Part shown: one piece after another, positions 58,001-64,000 of the stretch
Layout: each line of letters begins with the position of its first letter
Position numbering within the stretch: position 1 is the stretch's first letter
From: an uncultured Myxococcales bacterium
Lineage (GTDB): Bacteria > Myxococcota_A > Polyangia > Fen-1088
Length of the DNA: 64,000 nt
Assembly: GCA_964443975.1 (NCBI GenBank)
Contig: CAYUFS010000023.1
Location: forward strand, 1,953-65,952
Direction: 5' to 3'
The notes under the pieces: model-generated
Databases searched by the model: none
Told to the model about the DNA's origin: nothing
What the model saw: the letters and a program-made list of their open reading frames with translations, nothing else
Program-made: the position numbers and the translations under genes

Positions 58001-58017
58001 AGAACAGGGAGGCCATC

Positions 58018-61000
58018 ATGTTCAATCAGGGAAAAAAGTCGCAGAGGCTGAGCTTTGGACCGCGGGCGAGGGACTTTCTTCCTCCGGAACCGTCTGACCC
58101 GACAAGCGTGGCTGCGGATTCAGCCGCCGGGCCAGCTCGCCCGGGGGCCAAGCAGAACGCAGGCGCGAGCGCCGTTGTTACCGCCCAAGCTGCCGCACGA
58201 CAGGAATCGAAGCTGCTCGAGAAGCTGCGGGCGGACGGGCGCAGTCGCCGGCCGGAGCCGAGGCTGCCCGGCAAACACGCGCTGAACCCGCCGATCGTGA
58301 CTATCTTTGGCGCGGGAGTGGCGGGGCTGACGGCGGCTCATGAGTTGGTCGATCGTGGATTCCTCGTCCAGGTAGTGGAAGCCAGCGAAGATTTGTCTTG
58401 CCCGGGTCGCCCGATTGTCGGCGGCCTGGCCGCCAATCAGCCGGCCAGGGTCAGAGCCAACATCGAGGACCTTCACCGAGACATCATGATCGCTGCCCTG
58501 ACACCCCAAGTTGACGGCGAGCCGCAGGCGCTCAGCTCCACGAGGCGAGTCGCGGCGTGGCTCTTGAATTTGTTCGCGTTCAATCGTAGCCGATGGATTC
58601 AGACCGAGGAGCCCCAGAGAATCAATGGGTGCATCTTTTCCTCTCCAACCGATCCCGCTGCAAAGATATACAAGGAGCATCTTCTGCGCGACCTGGCAAA
58701 TGCCCGCCACCACTACAGAAACCGCTGGTTGTGGGACCTCATTGTCCGACCAGCAATGTTGGGCGCTATCAAGCCAAGAACGCCGGACGTCGACGTCAAC
58801 GCCGACTGCAAGAAGCTCTACGACAAGCTCATGGGGGCTGATGTCGCGGTGACGTCCATCTCAAAGGAGCTCCTTACCCATTTCGAGGGAACGGACGTCA
58901 CGACCGAGTTGCCGAGCTCCACGCAGATCCACTCCTGCCCGTCCCTGGTCACCCTGGGCATGGAACGGGAGTTCCTTTCGTTTCGCTTGATCCCTTTCGC
59001 CCGCCAAGGCTTCGAAGACGCCCCTAGGCTGGCGCGCGCCCTCTACCAGGAGTGGCTCCACGTGTTCGAGAGTCACGATATCTTCAAGTACTCTTGCGTC
59101 TCTTGCCCTCCGCCGGAAATGGAACAGGCTCTCAATGAAGGTACCAAGCACACGAGGTCGACACGAGAAAACCTAGTTCCGCTTGATGGTGACGGCGTTC
59201 CAATCGCGGTCGAAGTCGCAGAGGCACCGCCGGAATTCCCATTTCAAGCGTGGCTTCAGCTCGAGATTGTCGAGCAACGTCTGCCCGGAGAGCACGGGTA
59301 TCGCTTTTTCCCGTCATTTTATCGGCATCTCGACGACACCATGGCCCGCATCCCCCTTTATCAAAATGGCCAGACCACTGGACGAACGGTTCTCGACAAT
59401 CTCAAGCCCACGGTCTTCCAGGGCATCGGGCTATCCGACGAGGATCGTAAGACGATCGTGTCGCTCAGGCAGAGTAGCCGCCGACCCAATCTGGAAGCGC
59501 AGGATCCGAACCAAAGGGACGACAGATATCCAAACTACGACGACCCGATGCTTTCGCCGTGCCGTGACGAAGCGAGCGGCGCGGTCGTAGAACTGCACCG
59601 CGAGAAGCCTCGCAGTATCGAGGCGTTCCGGGACTGCACGGATCGATTCGTCAAACGTCTGGGCGGGACGAGGCGAGATGCGGTGATCCTACTGTCCAAG
59701 CTGATTCGTTTCATGACATCGAGTCCAGAGCGGCGGAGGGCCAAGTACGAGGACCTGACCTGGGCAGAGTTCCTGGACGTGTCGAAGTTTTCAAAACCGA
59801 TGCAAAAGCAGATTCAATCGGCTGCTCAGGCGCTGTTGGCATTTTCGGCTTCAGAGGCGGACGCCAGAACCTACGGAAACATAGCGGTCCAAATGCTGCT
59901 CGACGAGTTGCGGGATGGCACACGGGTCGATCGAACCCTCAACGGACCAACGAGCGATGCGTGGCTGGAGCCGTGGCGAGAGCACCTTGAGCGCCAAGGC
60001 GTCAGATTCTTTCTCGGAAGGCTCAGCGCGCTGGAGCTCAAGAACGATGAGATCATTCCAAGAATCGACTTTAGTTCAGCGCAGGATCGGGTGTCCCAGG
60101 ACGCCCACGAGATTTTGACTGCGTCATTGGCCAACGAAGGGTTGCGGCCGGATTTTTATGTGTTGGCTCTGAATATCGAGCAGAGCCAGCGGTTGATTGA
60201 GCAGATTGTGATCGATCCGGGAGCCGACGCGGCCGCGCCTGTCACCGCTGGAGTGGTCGTCGAAAAGCATAAAGATCTGGCGCCGGATTTCGCGACCTTC
60301 CTCGACTTCGGGAAGGAGGTGCAAGATCGAAAGGCGATGAAGACCATGACGGGCGTGCAGTATTTTTTTGATGCCAAGACCGACGTTGGAAGAGGGCACA
60401 TGTACTTCCCATTCTCGAGTTGGGGTTTGTCATCCATTTCCCAGTCTCAATTTTGGTCCCGGCGCGGGAGCTTCTCCGATGGATACTTCGGGCTCCTTTC
60501 AGTGGACGTATGCACCACCGGGATAGGACCTGATGGCCCTCCCGAGCCAGGATCGTTCGCCGATGCTCTCAGACCCGGGGAGCAGAAGGATGGGTACGAC
60601 GTACAGAGGCGTGTTCTCGAAACAGGCCAGCAGACCCTAAAGCAAATTGCGGACAGGATCGGGGGAGGACGGCAACTCGGAGATCCCAGATGTCTTCACA
60701 TCGATCGGAATCTGTCTCGGCCGGCGAAGGAGAAGACAGAGTTCCTCGCGTCCATGGCGGGGATGAAGAAGCCCCGCGCTGGTCTGAGACCGGTTGGCCC
60801 CGATGGGCATGTGTGTGTGGGTGTCAAAGAGATCGAATACGATCTGAACTTCAAAAGATGGGTGTTATGCGGGACGTTCATGGCGACCCGCACCCGCATG
60901 ACGACTATGGAGTCAGCCAATGAATCGGGCCGACATGCCGTCGCCGCAATTCTGAGACGCCTGTCGATGGACGACGCGTCTGACAGCGTCAAGGCAGAAT

Positions 61001-61443
61001 ACCTCGACCACGGCTACCAGATCGAGAACCTGTCAAACAGGACCTACAATTGGGCGTCGAAGTTTAGAACGTACGAGGCGCCGCCCACTTGGAATCCTGA
61101 AGACGAGGAGTTGGAGGATCTGGACTTCTTCCGCCGGGTGGACCGGCGCTTGATGAACCTGAACCTTCCTCACCTCATGGATATCGTTGACTTTGATGAC
61201 AAGGTCGAGCATGCGGTTCAGGCGATCGAGCTGTACGGGAGAGAGAAGCCGCTGTCGAACCTCTTTGGGGCGTCAATGGCGGGGCTCGACGCCGGATTGG
61301 TCAAGGAGTTGGGGGATGGGTATGCGAAGCTCGAAACGGCTCGGTGGGACGAGGCGACGCGAGCGGCGGCCGGGCCACCATTCGGCGATATGGTGCAGAT
61401 AAACGAACGGTGGAAGAAGGTTCTTGGGCTCTTCAGGCTTTAG
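58018..61443 (+). CDS. Giant (1141 aa) flavin amine-oxidase-fold protein with about 900 aa of inserted sequence
   Basis: AGGGAGG Shine-Dalgarno before the ATG at 58018. Beta-alpha-beta FAD fold PIVTIFGAGVAGLTAAHELVDRGFLVQVVEAS about 110 aa in. C-terminal amine-oxidase motif VLCGTFMATRTRMTTMESANESGRHAVAAIL. The local GC content is markedly lower. Confidence 0.7.
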   Translation: MFNQGKKSQRLSFGPRARDFLPPEPSDPTSVAADSAAGPARPGAKQNAGASAVVTAQAAARQESKLLEKLRADGRSRRPEPRLPGKHALNPPIVTIFGAGVAGLTAAHELVDRGFLVQVVEASEDLSCPGRPIVGGLAANQPARVRANIEDLHRDIMIAALTPQVDGEPQALSSTRRVAAWLLNLFAFNRSRWIQTEEPQRINGCIFSSPTDPAAKIYKEHLLRDLANARHHYRNRWLWDLIVRPAMLGAIKPRTPDVDVNADCKKLYDKLMGADVAVTSISKELLTHFEGTDVTTELPSSTQIHSCPSLVTLGMEREFLSFRLIPFARQGFEDAPRLARALYQEWLHVFESHDIFKYSCVSCPPPEMEQALNEGTKHTRSTRENLVPLDGDGVPIAVEVAEAPPEFPFQAWLQLEIVEQRLPGEHGYRFFPSFYRHLDDTMARIPLYQNGQTTGRTVLDNLKPTVFQGIGLSDEDRKTIVSLRQSSRRPNLEAQDPNQRDDRYPNYDDPMLSPCRDEASGAVVELHREKPRSIEAFRDCTDRFVKRLGGTRRDAVILLSKLIRFMTSSPERRRAKYEDLTWAEFLDVSKFSKPMQKQIQSAAQALLAFSASEADARTYGNIAVQMLLDELRDGTRVDRTLNGPTSDAWLEPWREHLERQGVRFFLGRLSALELKNDEIIPRIDFSSAQDRVSQDAHEILTASLANEGLRPDFYVLALNIEQSQRLIEQIVIDPGADAAAPVTAGVVVEKHKDLAPDFATFLDFGKEVQDRKAMKTMTGVQYFFDAKTDVGRGHMYFPFSSWGLSSISQSQFWSRRGSFSDGYFGLLSVDVCTTGIGPDGPPEPGSFADALRPGEQKDGYDVQRRVLETGQQTLKQIADRIGGGRQLGDPRCLHIDRNLSRPAKEKTEFLASMAGMKKPRAGLRPVGPDGHVCVGVKEIEYDLNFKRWVLCGTFMATRTRMTTMESANESGRHAVAAILRRLSMDDASDSVKAEYLDHGYQIENLSNRTYNWASKFRTYEAPPTWNPEDEELEDLDFFRRVDRRLMNLNLPHLMDIVDFDDKVEHAVQAIELYGREKPLSNLFGASMAGLDAGLVKELGDGYAKLETARWDEATRAAAGPPFGDMVQINERWKKVLGLFRL

Positions 61444-61455
61444 AATCCGCTGCCG

Positions 61456-64000
61456 CTATGGCGCGCGCGGAGACACCCTGAGCTGGTCAGAAATGAGCCG
61501 TTCGACGCGCGCGAGATCGTGGCGCGCACCAATTCTACGAAAGAGCTCTGCCGCCTCTCCGAGGTAGCGCGCGCGGTCAGGAGGGCTGATCGCGTGTTCT
61601 CCCAGGGCGGCCAGCGCCATCCCTTCATCATGCGCCATCGAGAGACTGCGGGCGCGCTTCAGACTCGCTTGAAAATGACGCCTGGCGCGCTTCACGTTTC
61701 CGTCCACGTTGGCGGCCTCGATGCCCTGCCAGAGGGAAGCCCGTGGCGAAGCGATCACCATCACCCGGCTCACCGCCCTTATTCGCTTCACGGCATGTCG
61801 TACGAGCTGTTCTAGGTCGTGCTTGTCTTGGCGGTTCGTCGACAGGGTCCACAAACGGAAGTGGACCTCGGCAACGGCGCCGTAAGCGAAGATGTTGTAG
61901 AAGACCGGAGCCGTCCCCTTGCTATCCCATGCCGAGCAGCGTCGCGCGGCGTCTTGGGCCGCCTGAGCGTCGCCGGACCTCAAATAAGCGAGAGCCAGAG
62001 CGCCAAGCGCATAGATCCACTCGGCACGGCCGAGGGCGTTGCGGCAAAGTCGTTCTCCTTCTCTCGCGTCCGTGACGGCAGCGGTCGCTTCGCCGCCCAT
62101 CAAATGTAGCTCCGCCCGCTTGACCACGGCCCAGCATTTGCTCTGGGGATCTGCCCGTTCCGTCGTTCCGAGGAGCCGTTCATTGACATCGTGGGCCTCG
62201 CGGAATCGTCCTGCAAGGAATAGGGCGGTGCCGAGTTGTGCAGTGGATTCCTCCCACCTCCGACTAAAGCCCATCCGCAATGACATGAGTCCGACCTGCT
62301 GGAGGGTTGATTGAGTCTGGTCCCAGCGACCCGCCTGGAGATGGACGAGCGCCACGTTCATTAGGACCCACGTCTCCGCGAGCTCGTCTCCGCTCTCCTT
62401 GGCCACCTGCGTGGCCCGTTGGCAGTAGGATTGGGCAATACCATCGAGGTTGGCGAGCGAACACATCGCCGCGAACGTGGCATACCCGAGTGCGCGCTCT
62501 GCTGAGGCGCCGCCCGCCTGTTCTGCGAGATCCATGTTTGTCAGGCCGGCGAGGGTCACCGCCAGCATGTTGCCGGTGACAAAGTAGTGCACGACCAACA
62601 GCCGTTCGTAGGCACGGGCCGCTTCCAGCAGCAATTCGCGAGCAACACCTTCCGGTTGCAGAAGGGGCAGTGATGACGGCAGCGAACGCCGAATGAGCTC
62701 TCGGGCGAGTGAAAGGACGCAGCGAGCGGCCATTCCCGCCCGGGAGCGAGGCCAGCGTTTCCCCGCGATCCCAGCGGCCTCGACCAGACTCGACGAAGCC
62801 AGGTCCATGTTCCCCAGAGCCAGGGCATTGAGACCGAGGAGTCGTTCTCTTCGGGCGCGGGCGAGCACCGAGGCCTTCGCAGAAACCAACATCTCCAGCG
62901 ACTTGGCTCTCTCCAGCAAGCCGATCGCCTCGGCATTCGCGTGCATCGCATGGGCGGCCTCACCGGCCTTGTCCAGGTACTCCAGGGCTTTTGCGAAGTC
63001 CTTTGCTTTCTCGAAGTGATGGGCCAGGGTGGCGTAGACGCTGTCCAAGGTCCCTGCCTCCGCGTGCCGGCGCTCTAGCAGGACCGCCGCTGCCGCATGG
63101 AGCCTCGCCTGTCGCTCGGCGGATAGCCCCTCGTAGGCGATCTCCCGGAGCTTGTCGTGTACGAACCTCACCGATCCCGGCAGTGAGGGCTCGAGGATCT
63201 GCCGCACCAGGAGGTTTCGCAGCGTCTGCCCGAACGCTGTCTCATCGGCGACTCCGACGGCGAGGGCCAGCGCGGACAACACCTCGATCTGCACTTCGCG
63301 GCCCAGGACCGCCGCGACCTCGGTCAGGCGTCGCGAGGTATCGAGGAGGCCGTCGAGTCGGCGCGTCACCAGCGCCTGCAAGGTGTGCGGCAGGCCGAGG
63401 CCATCGAGCGCCATTCCCCCGCCGGACTGTTGCCATCTCCCGCGGTCGTCCCGGAAAAGCAGGCCAGCGTCGACCGCGGCCCTCAGGTATTCAGCGACAA
63501 AGAACGGGTTTCCGGACGACTCCTCGGTCAGGAAAGCCGCCAGCGTGTCCGGAACTTGCCTCTGCCCGAGCATGTCCGCCGACATGGCGCCGATCGTCGC
63601 GGCGTCGAGCCTGTCCAGGCGAAAGTGGGTTGAATGCGAAAGCCCGGCCAGTCGGTCGAGGTCGGGGGTCGACTCCTCGGCGCGATAGGTCGCGACGACG
63701 AGGACCGGGTTCTCTCCGTAGTAGCGTTCCGTCAACGAGGACAGGAAGGCCAGGGTGAGATCGTCCGCCCACTGCAGGTCATCCAGCACCAACAGGGTCG
63801 GTCTGTCCGAGGCGAAGCTCGCCAGGGTTTCGGCCATTGCATCGATCAGCCGCCGTCGGGAGGCTTCGCCGGGTATCTCGGCCGGCTCTGGATAGGATTC
63901 GACCCCCGGCAGGTTTCGTAGCGTGGGCTCGCATGCGGCCAAGACCTTGGCGCGCTCACCGAGCATCCGTCGCGTGAGCGTCTCTCCCCCCGCGACGCAG
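61456..64000 (-). CDS. STAND-type P-loop NTPase with C-terminal TPR-like repeats (partial; its 5' end lies beyond the window)
   Basis: The frame is open to the window edge upstream of the first Met. LLVLDDLQWADD (Walker B / hhhhDD), a GNPFFV helical domain, then about 500 aa of helical repeats. It converges on the flavoprotein gene. Confidence 0.7.
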   Translation of the reverse strand, partial: CVAGGETLTRRMLGERAKVLAACEPTLRNLPGVESYPEPAEIPGEASRRRLIDAMAETLASFASDRPTLLVLDDLQWADDLTLAFLSSLTERYYGENPVLVVATYRAEESTPDLDRLAGLSHSTHFRLDRLDAATIGAMSADMLGQRQVPDTLAAFLTEESSGNPFFVAEYLRAAVDAGLLFRDDRGRWQQSGGGMALDGLGLPHTLQALVTRRLDGLLDTSRRLTEVAAVLGREVQIEVLSALALAVGVADETAFGQTLRNLLVRQILEPSLPGSVRFVHDKLREIAYEGLSAERQARLHAAAAVLLERRHAEAGTLDSVYATLAHHFEKAKDFAKALEYLDKAGEAAHAMHANAEAIGLLERAKSLEMLVSAKASVLARARRERLLGLNALALGNMDLASSSLVEAAGIAGKRWPRSRAGMAARCVLSLARELIRRSLPSSLPLLQPEGVARELLLEAARAYERLLVVHYFVTGNMLAVTLAGLTNMDLAEQAGGASAERALGYATFAAMCSLANLDGIAQSYCQRATQVAKESGDELAETWVLMNVALVHLQAGRWDQTQSTLQQVGLMSLRMGFSRRWEESTAQLGTALFLAGRFREAHDVNERLLGTTERADPQSKCWAVVKRAELHLMGGEATAAVTDAREGERLCRNALGRAEWIYALGALALAYLRSGDAQAAQDAARRCSAWDSKGTAPVFYNIFAYGAVAEVHFRLWTLSTNRQDKHDLEQLVRHAVKRIRAVSRVMVIASPRASLWQGIEAANVDGNVKRARRHFQASLKRARSLSMAHDEGMALAALGEHAISPPDRARYLGEAAELFRRIGARHDLARVERLISDQLRVSPRAP

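Overview
This 64 kb window is high-GC DNA (about 70 % by eye) that looks myxobacterial. Three things support that: a MYXO-CTERM-type C-terminal sorting signal, many lipoproteins with Gly/Ser-rich linkers, and several ECF sigma/anti-sigma pairs. This assignment is inference. Every protein-family call below rests on motifs read by eye from the supplied translations, and no searches were run.

Layout, left to right:
- 1-4.3 kb: the 3' end of the ribosomal-protein operon plus the alpha operon (map-rpmJ-rpsM-rpsK-rpsD-rpoA-rplQ).
- 5.1-10.2 kb: an isolated type III secretion / flagellar-type export-gate module (PilZ, FliO-like, SctR/S/T, a proline-rich membrane protein, SctU). No SctV, ATPase, secretin or ring genes are in the window.
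- 10.3-14.2 kb: a translationally coupled type III polyketide synthase operon (UbiA prenyltransferase, type III PKS, ICMT-family methyltransferase, FAD-dependent monooxygenase).
- 14.3-18.9 kb: galU, priA, a PEBP-domain lipoprotein and tRNA-Val(TAC).
- 18.9-22.4 kb: a lower-GC islet after the tRNA (vapBC, an ATGA-coupled small protein plus nucleotidyltransferase pair, a MYXO-CTERM secreted protein).
- 22.4-35.7 kb: two ECF sigma/anti-sigma operons on the minus strand. One carries an outer-membrane-like protein, a LamG lipoprotein and an NB-ARC-like NTPase; the other sits beside a DUF1552/DUF1592-type pair.
- 35.8-47 kb: a GH78 alpha-L-rhamnosidase lipoprotein, a lipoprotein with a perfect 18-nt tandem repeat, a PhyH-like/GSCFA divergent pair, a lipase-maturation-factor homologue and a Cys-rich repeat lipoprotein.
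- 47-52 kb: a TetR-EmrB-EmrA-TolC efflux operon.
- 54-61.4 kb: a tightly coupled seven-gene plus-strand operon (polyprenyl synthetase, four unknowns, an SCP2-like protein, a 1141-aa amine-oxidase-fold flavoprotein) in a region whose GC drops to roughly 55-60 %. It converges on a partial STAND NTPase/TPR gene at the window edge. This operon is the best candidate for an undescribed system.

Opposite-strand ORFs rich in Arg/Ala/Gly are treated as artefacts of the GC-rich sequence.
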